Virus record (IMG/VR): IMGVR_UViG_3300030109_001481
Span: 1 to 33,697 of that record
Origin: a virus
Lineage: Duplodnaviria > Caudoviricetes
Direction: 5' to 3' (one strand)
Length of the DNA stretch: 33,697 bases
The notes under the pieces are model-generated. The model was given only the letters and a program-made list of their open reading frames with translations. It was not told the DNA's origin and searched no databases. The position numbers and the translations under genes are program-made. Shown here piece by piece: positions 9,658 to 19,246 of this stretch. Position 1 is the stretch's first letter. Every line of letters begins with the position of its first letter.

Positions 9658-10736
9658 TGGCTGATACTAGAGTAGTTCCCGTTAGTAGTGTCAAATACGG
9701 TTTAAAAGCCGAGACATCTTTCGGGGTAGGATTAGATTCAAGTGGTGACGATGGCACTGCATATTTAACACAACCAGTAGTACAAGCGCAAAAACCGACA
9801 TTTAATATATTGAGGGAATCGAGATTATTAAGTGGAAGAGGTAGTGTAAAGAATGCAGCTGATACAATTACTAATTTAAGAGGTGGCACAGTTACAATGC
9901 CTTTTGAGATGTTAGCAACACCAAGAACTTTAGCACAACACGCTTTATTAGTTGGGCAAGAAAGTGGAACATCTGGAAGTACAGTACACGAAATGGAAAT
10001 TGATGGCTCAAGTAATGCAAATTCTATTGGTGGGGCTATTTCAAGCGGTATTCCTCATTCATGCAATTTGGCTTATTACCCAGCCGCAGGAGAAGGTATT
10101 AAGGTTTCTGGAGTAGTTTGTTCTGATTTAACTATCGCAGGAGATGTTGCTGCGAATAATGGGTTAGTTTCTTTGAGCGGTAATTACTTTAGTGGATTTT
10201 CTAACCCTGTTGCTGCTGGTAGTTGCTTGGAACAAACATTCAATGGAACTTGGGTAGCCGCTGAAACAACATACTACAATGTTATGGATGCTGATGCTAG
10301 AACCTTAGATATTGATGATGCAACTGACCAAACATTTATTATGAAGGCATTCTCTTTTAACATAGCGAATGGTATAAATAGAGGTGGCTTTGATACAAAC
10401 GGAAATGCTGAATTCTATGCCTTTCCAGAATATGTAGTAACTGGAAGCCTTACCATTAAATGGGATGATGAATTTGATTATGGTGCAGCAAATAATGTAA
10501 TTCAAGATTTCTTAGACGGTGACACAATGAGCCTTGCAATTAAGATTGGTGATGGTACTGTAAGCTCAGAAGGTGAAATGAATATCTTGGCAGAAATACA
10601 ATACACTGGAGACCCAGGGCAAGACCTAAGTGAAAATGGAATATTTCATACATTAGAATTTGAATGTGTACAAAACAGTACAACAGAAGCATTTAAATTG
10701 TCATCATTTAAAAATGAGGCAGTTACAGCCTGGTAA
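9657..10736 (+). CDS. Major tail (tube) protein
   Basis: N-terminal 'KAETSFG', S/G/T-rich beta protein; upstream of chaperones and tape measure; strong SD AAGGAGG. Confidence 0.75.
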   Translation: MADTRVVPVSSVKYGLKAETSFGVGLDSSGDDGTAYLTQPVVQAQKPTFNILRESRLLSGRGSVKNAADTITNLRGGTVTMPFEMLATPRTLAQHALLVGQESGTSGSTVHEMEIDGSSNANSIGGAISSGIPHSCNLAYYPAAGEGIKVSGVVCSDLTIAGDVAANNGLVSLSGNYFSGFSNPVAAGSCLEQTFNGTWVAAETTYYNVMDADARTLDIDDATDQTFIMKAFSFNIANGINRGGFDTNGNAEFYAFPEYVVTGSLTIKWDDEFDYGAANNVIQDFLDGDTMSLAIKIGDGTVSSEGEMNILAEIQYTGDPGQDLSENGIFHTLEFECVQNSTTEAFKLSSFKNEAVTAW

Positions 10737-10754
10737 TTAACATAGGGAGATAAA

Positions 10755-11033
10755 ATGGTAATAGAAACAAAGCATGGAGACTTTGAAGTAAATGAAATAA
10801 CAAGAAAACAAAGGCGTGAACATTACAAGGAAGTTAAAAAGGTTTTTAACCTTGATAATAACCTTGAAGAAATGCATGAACTTGCTGATAAATTTACTCT
10901 ACTGGCTTTTGGTACTGAAAAAAAAGCAGATGAGGCATTAAAGGGCTTGTCTGCTTTAGAAGAAGATGAGGTTCTTTCCTCAATTATAGTTTCATATATG
11001 GGGCTAGATTTGGGAAACCTCACTGGCGATTGA
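10755..11033 (+). CDS. Tail assembly chaperone (lambda gpG-like)
   Basis: Lies between major tail protein and tape measure; ends with slippery G-GGA-AAC. Confidence 0.75.
   Translation: MVIETKHGDFEVNEITRKQRREHYKEVKKVFNLDNNLEEMHELADKFTLLAFGTEKKADEALKGLSALEEDEVLSSIIVSYMGLDLGNLTGD
11012..11018 (+). other. -1 programmed ribosomal frameshift slippery site GGGAAAC
   Basis: X XXY YYZ heptamer in the correct frame (TTG GGA AAC); the -1 frame is open into ORF 11030-11422. Confidence 0.8.
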
Positions 11034-11422
11034 GGTGTGCAGTTTGGTTTACTCAGTTAGGTTTTCCAAACAATGATTTTGTAATTCCATATTCGGCTCG
11101 GTCGCCTGTTGATAATAAAAGGATTTTTTTTGAAAATGAAAATCAAGTTGAGGCAGAAATTAACAGGGTTTTAAAACAAAAAGGGGTTGAAAAATTTGGT
11201 GTTGGACAAACACTTTATTATGAACTTCCTTTTTTTACAAACCCTAAAAACCATATTAAGAAATGGGTTTGGGATATTTTAGAAGATTATAAGCTGGTTA
11301 CAAAATTTAATATCCCAATAGGTAAAGATTTAGATAATACATCTGCTATTAGACTTGACCTTTTTAATGCCATAGAACAAGAAATTTTTAACATAAATAA
11401 CCACAGGGCAAAAAATGGCTAA
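11030..11422 (+). CDS. Tail assembly chaperone frameshift extension (gpT-like)
   Basis: In the -1 frame relative to the upstream ORF; weak TTG start with no clear SD. Confidence 0.7.
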   Translation: MRCAVWFTQLGFPNNDFVIPYSARSPVDNKRIFFENENQVEAEINRVLKQKGVEKFGVGQTLYYELPFFTNPKNHIKKWVWDILEDYKLVTKFNIPIGKDLDNTSAIRLDLFNAIEQEIFNINNHRAKNG

Positions 11423-13400
11423 AAATGTTGTAATAAAAATTACTCAAAAAGGAGCAAAGAAAACTACTAAGGCATTGAAATCAGTTGGTGGTGCTGTTGC
11501 TAGTGTGGGTACAAAAGCTACCCTCGTTACTGGTGGAATTGCTGCTCTTTCTACAAAACTTGCTGGGGATTTTCAAAAAAATCTATTAGAAGTTTCTACT
11601 CTAATGGGCAAAACAACAAATAAAGAACTAGCAAATATGAGCAGAGAGCTTCGCCTTGTTAGTCAAACATCAGGGTTAGCTTTAAGTTCTTTAAGTAAAG
11701 CAAAATATGACATTGTTTCAGCTGGGTTCAGTAGTGCTGCAGAATCCTCAAAAGTATTAGCTGTTTCTGCGAAATTAGCTGTTGGCGGTGTAACAAGTGC
11801 TGCTGAAGCTGCAGACCTCTTAACTACTGCATTAAATGCAATGGGTAAAGACGCTGATGATGTAAACAAGGTAGCTGATTCATTGTTTACAACTGTCAGG
11901 CTTGGTAAAACTACAATGAGCGAACTAGCTGCTAGTATGGGGCAAGTCTTACCATTTGCGAGGTCTGCTGGTTTAAGTTTGGATAATGTAAATGCTGCAA
12001 TGGCTACAATTACAGCTAGTGGTATTTCTACTGCACAAGCAACGACATCACTGAGGGCAGCTCTTGTATCTTTAACTTCACCAGCTGAAAGTTCTAAAAA
12101 GGCTATGGAAGAAGCTGGAATTGAAATAAAAAGGTTTGACGATGGTTCATTAAACCTAACAGAAACAGTAAAACAATTTCAAGGTCTTGACCCAGATACT
12201 TTTAAGAAAATTATTCCTAGAGTTGAGGCTATTCTTGGAATACAAACAATGGCAAATAATTTTGGAACATTAACTGACAATGTAGAAACCTTTGCTACTG
12301 ATTCTGCAAATGCAACAGAAAAAGCATTTGACAAGATGGCATCTGGATTTAATCAACAAATGGCAATGTTGAAAAATAGTGTCCAGTCTGTAATGATAGA
12401 AATTGGAAATGTATTAATTGAAATAATTCAACCAAAAATTGAAGATGTAAATAAAGAATTTGAAAAACTTGGTGAAATAGGTTTTGATTCGCTTGGTATA
12501 GCAGTTAAAGACAACTTGCCAGTCATTATGGAAGCCTTTGAAATGACAATGCTTGTAGCTTTTAACCATATTGGAAAACAAGCAGAAGTATTAGGGCTTA
12601 CAATAAAAGAACACATTGCAGATGCTATACCTTTTATTGAAGGTGATTTTGAAAAAATAGCAGAATTTCAAAAAATATTAGGGGTTAAGGCTGAACAAGA
12701 TACTGAATATTTAGCCCAACTATATAAAGACATGTATCAAGGAATTGTAAGTGATGCTGAAAGTGCTGCAAATGACGATTTTGAATTAAGTCAAGCAGTT
12801 GTTGACTTTAAGGCTGATGGGGCAATGAAAGAAGCAAAACTTAGAAAAACAGTTATAAACCCAGCAATTATAGAAACTGGTGCTATTATAAAAAAAGTTA
12901 ATACAAATGAAAAGGTGATGCAAATAGAACTGCAAAGAGTAAAGGCTCAAGCAATACAAGAAGATATAAGGGGTGCAATTTTACAGGGGCAAACTGCTGA
13001 AGGTGCTATGATGTCTGTGGTGAGGGCTGAACTTATGGAAGCAATATCAGGCTTAATGTCGTCTATCTTTAGAAATATGCCTTTTCCTTTAAATGTTGTA
13101 CTTGCTGCTGGTGCTGGGGCAACTGCAACAGGTTTACTTGAAAAAGGTCTTTCAGCAGCAAAGGGAATTAAATTTGCTGATGGTGGTATTGTACCAGGTA
13201 TTAATTCAGGGGCTGGTGATACAGTTCCAGCTATGCTAACACCTGGGGAATTAATTTTAAATAGAGCACAACAAGAAAATTTAGTTGGGGGTACTGGTGG
13301 GCTGACAATTAATTTTAATGCACCTGTGACAAGTGAAGATTTTGTAAAAGATTTTATCGTACCAGAAATAGAAAAAACAGTAAGTGGAAGTCTTGCATAA
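11415..13400 (+). CDS. Tail tape measure protein
   Basis: Ala-rich helical TP901-type core ('YDIVSAG...LGKTTMSELAASMGQV'); C-terminal 'FADGGIVPG...DTVPAMLTPGE'. Confidence 0.92.
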   Translation: MAKNVVIKITQKGAKKTTKALKSVGGAVASVGTKATLVTGGIAALSTKLAGDFQKNLLEVSTLMGKTTNKELANMSRELRLVSQTSGLALSSLSKAKYDIVSAGFSSAAESSKVLAVSAKLAVGGVTSAAEAADLLTTALNAMGKDADDVNKVADSLFTTVRLGKTTMSELAASMGQVLPFARSAGLSLDNVNAAMATITASGISTAQATTSLRAALVSLTSPAESSKKAMEEAGIEIKRFDDGSLNLTETVKQFQGLDPDTFKKIIPRVEAILGIQTMANNFGTLTDNVETFATDSANATEKAFDKMASGFNQQMAMLKNSVQSVMIEIGNVLIEIIQPKIEDVNKEFEKLGEIGFDSLGIAVKDNLPVIMEAFEMTMLVAFNHIGKQAEVLGLTIKEHIADAIPFIEGDFEKIAEFQKILGVKAEQDTEYLAQLYKDMYQGIVSDAESAANDDFELSQAVVDFKADGAMKEAKLRKTVINPAIIETGAIIKKVNTNEKVMQIELQRVKAQAIQEDIRGAILQGQTAEGAMMSVVRAELMEAISGLMSSIFRNMPFPLNVVLAAGAGATATGLLEKGLSAAKGIKFADGGIVPGINSGAGDTVPAMLTPGELILNRAQQENLVGGTGGLTINFNAPVTSEDFVKDFIVPEIEKTVSGSLA

Positions 13401-15805
13401 TGGCACTAACATTACCTGATGCCTTTAAGAATAAAAACATTGTACAGAATTGGTTGTTTCAGTTACACTATGACGATGAATCTGCTTTTATAGGTACATC
13501 ATTTTATGACACAACTGTAACTAATGTATTTTATAGAGGAGTTGTATTAAACAAACCGAGTATAAGAGAGTCAATAAATTTAGAACAAAGCAAATCAAGG
13601 ACAGGCAATGTAACTTTAACACTAGCTAATTTTAGCTATTTAGGGGATGATTTTAGTGCAGAGCTATATGGTACTAGAAAATATTTAAATCGGCTCTTAA
13701 AGATATATATACAGCCAAATAGAGTCACTGCATTAAGTGATTGTCTTTTGATATATACTGGAAAAGTTAAAAGCATATCACATACAGTAGATACAATTAA
13801 ATTAAACATTGAAGCCAAGCGACCCTGGGATGGTATTGAAATACCTAGTACAAAGACAAGTAAGAACAATTATTATCCAGTATCCTACGGAGATTATAGA
13901 CCGAATGCAAGTTTAAGTAGTACAACATCTGTTAGTATAACCACATCAGCTTCAAGCTCTACAGACGATTTTAGATTAAGAAAAACCCTGTACCCTATAC
14001 CAGTTGAAGAAATAAGAGGTGAAACTGTTTTTGCCCTTACTGGTGAATGGACACAAACTTCTAAAGCCTGGGCGCATTATTACGAAAAATCATTAGATAA
14101 ATTTATACCCCTTGCTAACCATGCTTCAACATATACAACTGTTGATGCTGCCAATGAATCTTATGGTGATGGCTATGCAACGAGATTTCATAAAAATTTA
14201 TTAAGGTCTACATTATTTAAACCGACCTCAAGGGTTTCTAGTGGTACAGGTTGGGCATCAAATGACAATGCTTTTAATTCAGATGTAATAGACACATCTA
14301 CATATACAGAATTTAGCGTAGAAACAAATGCTTTTACAGATGAAGATGCTGCAGATATAAAATTTTCAATACCACAATTAACTGGAGTACCTAATGCACT
14401 ATCTGTTTATTTCATTGTTAAGGGTTTGTGTAGTTTTTCAAAAACTTCTGGAAGTGGTGAAATAAGAATTGAATTAATTAACAATACATACACTAATGAA
14501 GATATTGCTGGTCATTTTACATTTACAGATACAGGAAGTAATAATGAAACAATGGTGGCTGGTACAGGTGGAAACACTGATGTATCAAGTGCCGCCTTTA
14601 TTTCTAGTGGAGATTCAATACATACTAACTGGGCATCAAGTGGTGATGGTTGGGGTGAGGATTTAATTGTAAGGATTAAAGAGGAATTGCAATCTGGAAC
14701 ACTAGATGGGACATATAGCTTAGATTTTAGATTGTATGATGTATTCCTACAGGCAACTACAAAACTAGATTATGCACCAGTCATTGAATATAAAGGATTC
14801 TGGGCAGGAAGTACAAGCTATGCTAAGAATGATGGTGTTACTTATGAAGATATTAATTACATGGCTTTAACTGCTCACACTTCTACTGATGATACAGACA
14901 CAGGCACAGGCAGACCCAATACTGCTGACACTACTGCCTGGTCACCAATACCACAAACATCTGGAAAATCTGAAGCAGCAAAACAATTAGATGATATTAA
15001 ATATGTTTATTCAGGGGCAGATGGGCTACCTGATAATGGATGGAATAGTAGTGCAGCAATTACAGAGATTCATGAAGCACATAGGGATATATTGCACAGG
15101 TTCACATCATACACAAATTCAAATACGCCTACAAACTGGGGAAGTGGTACTAATATTAATTCTATAAAAGACTGGCAAATAAGATACTGGATAAATGAAC
15201 CAACCTTATTAATTAATGTGCTTGAAAAATTACAATATGAAGGGGGTTTTATTTTTCGTTTTAATGGTCAAAATGCTGGGGAATATGTATTTATACCTGA
15301 CTCAATTAGTACAGACCATACACTAGGTACAGAAGATTTAAGCAGTTTAGATATATCATTAACAGATGTAAGTAAAGTTGTTGCTAGAATGGATATTGAT
15401 TATAGAAAACATCCAGCTACAGGTGGATATCAAACATCTGTATCTGCTTCTAATTCAACTGCAATAAGTGACTTATTAATTGGTACTAATGAAAACAAAA
15501 AGACTATAAGGCTTGATGCTTATGTAGGGGATGCTAGTGGTGAGAATGATATACCTACAGCAGCCACGTCTAATCCTAATGATGATTGGTATTCTTATTA
15601 TGACCAAATATTAGGCAGTCAAAAAATTATAGTAAAAGCAGAAGTTGTTAATCCAGCATTCTATGGAATTGATGTTGGTGACTTTGTAGCTTTTAGTGAT
15701 ATGCCAGTTGATCCTTTTGGTTTAAGTTGGTCAGGTAAAGATTTTATTGTTACAGGTGTAACAAGACAAATTGGAAAATTGAAATGCGAGTTTAGAGAGG
15801 TTTAG
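13400..15805 (+). CDS. Large tail tip/baseplate hub protein
   Basis: 801 aa directly after the tape measure; C-terminal 'IDVGDFV...FIVTGVTR' hub-like motif; internal CBM-like insert. Confidence 0.65.
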   Translation: MALTLPDAFKNKNIVQNWLFQLHYDDESAFIGTSFYDTTVTNVFYRGVVLNKPSIRESINLEQSKSRTGNVTLTLANFSYLGDDFSAELYGTRKYLNRLLKIYIQPNRVTALSDCLLIYTGKVKSISHTVDTIKLNIEAKRPWDGIEIPSTKTSKNNYYPVSYGDYRPNASLSSTTSVSITTSASSSTDDFRLRKTLYPIPVEEIRGETVFALTGEWTQTSKAWAHYYEKSLDKFIPLANHASTYTTVDAANESYGDGYATRFHKNLLRSTLFKPTSRVSSGTGWASNDNAFNSDVIDTSTYTEFSVETNAFTDEDAADIKFSIPQLTGVPNALSVYFIVKGLCSFSKTSGSGEIRIELINNTYTNEDIAGHFTFTDTGSNNETMVAGTGGNTDVSSAAFISSGDSIHTNWASSGDGWGEDLIVRIKEELQSGTLDGTYSLDFRLYDVFLQATTKLDYAPVIEYKGFWAGSTSYAKNDGVTYEDINYMALTAHTSTDDTDTGTGRPNTADTTAWSPIPQTSGKSEAAKQLDDIKYVYSGADGLPDNGWNSSAAITEIHEAHRDILHRFTSYTNSNTPTNWGSGTNINSIKDWQIRYWINEPTLLINVLEKLQYEGGFIFRFNGQNAGEYVFIPDSISTDHTLGTEDLSSLDISLTDVSKVVARMDIDYRKHPATGGYQTSVSASNSTAISDLLIGTNENKKTIRLDAYVGDASGENDIPTAATSNPNDDWYSYYDQILGSQKIIVKAEVVNPAFYGIDVGDFVAFSDMPVDPFGLSWSGKDFIVTGVTRQIGKLKCEFREV

Positions 15806-15807
15806 TT

Positions 15808-16881
15808 ATGGCAAATTATATGAATATTGCAAACCCTAGATTCTACTGTGACTATATTAATTACAGATTATCAAGGGGCATTGCACAGAATGGGAATTAT
15901 GATGTACAAGCAACACACACTGGAAACCACTTGGTTGGAATAAAAAGTGGTGGAGGTAGTGAGATAGAATTGTTTGATATGAAACCTTATAACCAAGTGA
16001 CATTTGACACTTCAGCAAACACTACAAAACGACAAGACCATGTGGTTATTACATTAGATGTTATGGGTGAGAATGCTTCTAAAAAATCATTTGTGGCTAT
16101 TTTAAATCATAACCTTAAAAGTGCTGGTGGTAAGATACATATAGCAAGTTCAGATACAAAAGGTCATGTTGAAGCTGCAGATTTTGGAAGTGCTACAACA
16201 GCAGCACCAACAGAAGTATTAAATGCTGATACAATTTCAAGTAATATAATAAGCCCAAATGAAGATGGAAGTACAATAGTCACATTTTCAGAAGAAGATA
16301 ATAGATACTGGGGAATACAATTTGAGGGAGCTGGAAGTGAGGATGCAACTACTTCAGGAAGTTATTTTACAGATGATGCAGATTTGAAAATTGGTTGTAT
16401 CTTAATTGGTGAATTTTATGATTTGCCTCAAAGCCCTGATTTAGATGTTAAAAGAACAGTAGCATTTGATGGAGTAAACATTCAAGAATCACTAGGTGGG
16501 CATAAATACTCCACAATGATTTCACATGGTAGACAAGCTGCAGCTCAAAATAAATCGCCATTTGTAACCACTACATCTCAACAACAAGTGTTCGGTGGAA
16601 GGTTGTCATGGGATATGAATTTTAGCTACCTAGATTCATCTGAAGTTATGCCTGTTCAATGGAACACTTATAACCCTAGTGGAGATAGTGTTATTAATGA
16701 TGCTTACAATCTTACAAATGGTGGGCATATTCCATTTATATTTTCTTGTGATAATTCACAAACAGGAACAAATGCTGAAACAGCACATATCTTTGCTAGG
16801 TTTGCACAAGATTCTTTAGTTCAAACCCAGGTAGCAAGTAATATGTGGAACGTGTCATTTAAAATAGATGAGGAGTTTTGA
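15808..16881 (+). CDS. Tail tip protein (distal-tail-like)
   Basis: Last gene of the tail module; C-terminal 'WNVSFKIDEEF' and 'RLSWDMNFSYL' strands. Confidence 0.5.
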   Translation: MANYMNIANPRFYCDYINYRLSRGIAQNGNYDVQATHTGNHLVGIKSGGGSEIELFDMKPYNQVTFDTSANTTKRQDHVVITLDVMGENASKKSFVAILNHNLKSAGGKIHIASSDTKGHVEAADFGSATTAAPTEVLNADTISSNIISPNEDGSTIVTFSEEDNRYWGIQFEGAGSEDATTSGSYFTDDADLKIGCILIGEFYDLPQSPDLDVKRTVAFDGVNIQESLGGHKYSTMISHGRQAAAQNKSPFVTTTSQQQVFGGRLSWDMNFSYLDSSEVMPVQWNTYNPSGDSVINDAYNLTNGGHIPFIFSCDNSQTGTNAETAHIFARFAQDSLVQTQVASNMWNVSFKIDEEF

Positions 16882-16914
16882 TTATTAAATTTATGTATTA
16901 TATTTCTCCCTAAA

Positions 16915-16991
16915 AGCTGGGGTGATCAGGGCGTTTTGCTCCAAACCTTTCGTCCTTATTCATAATATAAAGCACCCCAGCTACCCCTTTT
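16915..16991 (+). other. Structured intergenic element (terminator-like or small RNA)
   Basis: Perfect 10-bp inverted repeat AGCTGGGGTG (16915-24) / CACCCCAGCT (16973-82) enclosing an inner stem AGGGCG/CGTCCT; followed by ACCCCTTTT. Confidence 0.5.
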
Positions 16992-17020
16992 ACCCTTTAC
17001 TAACCCTTAAAATAATTATT

Positions 17021-17075
17021 TAAAGTGTTTGCAACTTTAAAAAATTGGTTATATTATTAACTATGAATAAAATAA
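17021..17075 (+). promoter_or_regulatory. Early sigma70-type promoter P1
   Basis: TTGCAA (17029-34), 17 bp, TATTAT (17052-57); shares TAAAGTGTTTGCA and TATGAATAAAATAA with P2. Confidence 0.7.
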
Positions 17076-17092
17076 ATAATATGGAGTTTAAC

Positions 17093-17347
17093 ATGAAAAA
17101 ACTATTTGGTGAGTTTACTAAAACATTAAACACAGTAGAGTCAGGTGAAACTGTTGAAATGGGTTTTTCTAGGTACAATCTAGGAGTTTGTACTTACCTT
17201 GATTGCAATGAAGATGGTGTAAGAGACTTTGTAATATTTACGAATGTTAAAAAAGATGGAAGTCTAGGAAAACTTAATCATTGTTTTGTAAAAACAACTA
17301 TGATTTGGGAAGATTGTCATCCTTACATTGAATGGAAAAGGGGGTAA
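17093..17347 (+). CDS. Hypothetical early protein
   Basis: GGAG SD before ATG 17093; first gene after P1. Confidence 0.7.
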   Translation: MKKLFGEFTKTLNTVESGETVEMGFSRYNLGVCTYLDCNEDGVRDFVIFTNVKKDGSLGKLNHCFVKTTMIWEDCHPYIEWKRG

Positions 17348-17360
17348 GTAATGGATAAAA
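17338..17360 (+). repeat. Gene-junction direct repeat, copy 1 (AAGGGGGTAAGTAATGGATAAAA)
   Basis: Identical 23-mer at 18037-18059; first 14 nt also at 17565-17578. Confidence 0.9.
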
Positions 17361-17578
17361 TAGATACAATGTATAATTTCTTACTTGATTATGAAATAGC
17401 AACAGAGGGGGAAATTCAATTAGTAACTAAAATTAATGGCTGGAATGAAAATTCCTTTAATGATATTATCTATATAAAAACAGGGTATAGGGGTTTAGAG
17501 GGTATATATAATTCTGAATTATGTGGGCAATATTTACGGGGCAAAGCGTTGAATAAAACTAATGAAGGGGGTAAGTAA
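17351..17578 (+). CDS. Hypothetical early protein, paralog of 24483-24668
   Basis: Shared 'DY.IAT..EIQL.T.ING......N.I.Y...GYR'. Confidence 0.75.
   Translation: MDKIDTMYNFLLDYEIATEGEIQLVTKINGWNENSFNDIIYIKTGYRGLEGIYNSELCGQYLRGKALNKTNEGGK
17565..17578 (+). repeat. Gene-junction repeat, partial copy (AAGGGGGTAAGTAA)
   Basis: 14-nt identity with the other two copies. Confidence 0.8.
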
Positions 17579-17579
17579 G

Positions 17580-18050
17580 ATGAAACTTTCAGTAGAACGG
17601 ACTTGTGCAATTTGTGACCACCCGATATCCGATTACAACCCTGATGGTATCGGTTCTAGTTGTCGTAAGGTTTGGACAAAAGCCATAACGAAAACTTACT
17701 TTCATTTTCATGGTCTTTCACATTGGAAGAGAAAAGTTGATTTTTTTCTCACTCGTTTTATTAAAGAATTTAAAGATACAAAATTCAGGTCAGAGTTTAG
17801 AAAATCTTTTTATAATTCAGTAAAAAAGCAATATGAAACAAGTGGCAGAATATCAAAAAAACAACTAGAAACAATACATTATTCTTTTTTAGCTAATACT
17901 CAGCATGGTGAGGATGTAGAGAAATTTCAAGAAAAAGAAAGATATTTATTGAAAAATCTTTTATTTGATTATAAACCCACAAATAAAGAAAGAGAATATT
18001 GTATAGACCTTAGTAAAAAATATTGGGCAGAATTACAAGGGGGTAAGTAA
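17580..18050 (+). CDS. Hypothetical protein with N-terminal Cys motif (DUF6011-like)
   Basis: 'CAICDHPISD...GIGSSCRK'; likely start 17580 after GGGGG SD. Confidence 0.6.
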   Translation: MKLSVERTCAICDHPISDYNPDGIGSSCRKVWTKAITKTYFHFHGLSHWKRKVDFFLTRFIKEFKDTKFRSEFRKSFYNSVKKQYETSGRISKKQLETIHYSFLANTQHGEDVEKFQEKERYLLKNLLFDYKPTNKEREYCIDLSKKYWAELQGGK

Positions 18051-18059
18051 TGGATAAAA
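18037..18059 (+). repeat. Gene-junction direct repeat, copy 2
   Basis: Identical to 17338-17360. Confidence 0.9.
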
Positions 18060-18298
18060 GAGTACCACATAATTTTAAATATCATGCAGAAATTCAATAC
18101 GAAGGTGAAACTGCTATGATGTTTACTTGTGCAGTTGGCAATACTATTTCAGAATTATTTAAAGATATAGATATTGAAATGAAACATTATCAACACAGGT
18201 TTCCAGAAATTGTTGAAGTTATTAAAAACCCAAATACTTGGAATACTGATTGTACAGGTTTCATACTTCTTAAATATTATCAAAAGGGAAATAAATAA
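18050..18298 (+). CDS. Hypothetical early protein
   Basis: TAATG coupling on both sides. Confidence 0.65.
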   Translation: MDKRVPHNFKYHAEIQYEGETAMMFTCAVGNTISELFKDIDIEMKHYQHRFPEIVEVIKNPNTWNTDCTGFILLKYYQKGNK

Positions 18299-18732
18299 TG
18301 CCAACACCATTTTTAAAAAAACATAGTGAAGAACAGTATTTGAACTTAGAAAAGAATTATTTAAATCTGTTTAATTTTCTTCAATCATTGTTAAGCATTA
18401 CAGAGGGTGAAGATTTAAGTTCTGACTCGCAGAAATTAAGCCACTTTGATGCCCTATGTATGAGGGTAAACCAAACTGTTGAAGAATATTCTAATTTTGC
18501 CAACCAGGTTCGGGATGTCATGTTTAAAGGGGACTCCGCAACTACAACCTCCTTTCCTGAACCTGTTGGCAATGTTTTAATTACAGTAAACACAAAAGAA
18601 TATAAATTGTTAATTGAGGCTTGTGAACACATGGGTTTCAGTTTTCCTAATTTAAAAGTTTCAGATGAATTTCATGCCCTGGCAGAAGATTTAAAAAACA
18701 TAACAAAGGAGAGCGAACATGAGCCAAGCTAA
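18298..18732 (+). CDS. Hypothetical protein
   Basis: 144-aa ORF coupled to the previous gene. Confidence 0.65.
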   Translation: MPTPFLKKHSEEQYLNLEKNYLNLFNFLQSLLSITEGEDLSSDSQKLSHFDALCMRVNQTVEEYSNFANQVRDVMFKGDSATTTSFPEPVGNVLITVNTKEYKLLIEACEHMGFSFPNLKVSDEFHALAEDLKNITKESEHEPS

Positions 18733-18952
18733 AAATATAAAACACTATCTAGAGTCAGGGGGTAAACTGACACCACTTGATGCACTAACTAAATTTAATT
18801 GTTTTCGGTTAGCTGCTGTAATATTTAACCTAAGGGACGAAGGTCTTGATGTTAAAACAAAAATGGTTAAAAATGGTCAAAAGACTTATGCTGAATATTA
18901 TTTAGAAAACCCAACTGGTGACAAAGACCAGTACAAATTGTTCGGAGGTTAG
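18719..18952 (+). CDS. Winged helix-turn-helix protein (HTH_39-like)
   Basis: 'LTPLDAL..FNCFRLAAVIFNLRDEG..V.T......AEYYL'; SD AAGGAG. Confidence 0.8.
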   Translation: MSQAKNIKHYLESGGKLTPLDALTKFNCFRLAAVIFNLRDEGLDVKTKMVKNGQKTYAEYYLENPTGDKDQYKLFGG

Positions 18953-18953
18953 A

Positions 18954-19106
18954 ATGAAACACTGGTTGCAGTCATTATCAGAAAATGGTTTTGATGTGTT
19001 TATAGTTGTATATCTTGCTGTTTTATTTATTGCATATCATTATCTATTAAGGTGGTTTCTTACAGCAAAATTTAATAGGTTAGAAAAAAAACTGGGGGAT
19101 AAATGA
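18954..19106 (+). CDS. Small single-TM protein
   Basis: GGAGG SD before ATG 18954; hydrophobic VFIVVYLAVLFIAYHYLL. Confidence 0.65.
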   Translation: MKHWLQSLSENGFDVFIVVYLAVLFIAYHYLLRWFLTAKFNRLEKKLGDK

Positions 19107-19246
19107 TTGTCATGAACATAGCTGAGTGGATAGCCAACCTTTTTATATTAGGCATAGCTGCTCTAATTTGGGTGCTGGTTGCATTTGGTATAATGATGAT
19201 TGTATCTTTGTTTATTAGGGCAATTAAGGAGTATCAAAATGATTAG
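19103..19246 (+). CDS. Small membrane protein (47 aa, not in ORF track)
   Basis: ATGA overlap, GGGGG SD; MIVMNIAEWIANLFILGIAALIWVLVAFGIMMIVSLFIRAIKEYQND. Confidence 0.65.
   Translation: MIVMNIAEWIANLFILGIAALIWVLVAFGIMMIVSLFIRAIKEYQND

Noticed and set aside
16915-16985. tRNA gene
   Set aside because: Size is similar, but there is no T-arm GTTC motif, D-arm or anticodon arm.
17338-18059. Direct repeats as a CRISPR mini-array or att sites
   Set aside because: The intervals are whole genes (about 200-470 bp), the repeats consist of stop/SD/start signals, and there is no cas gene or integrase.
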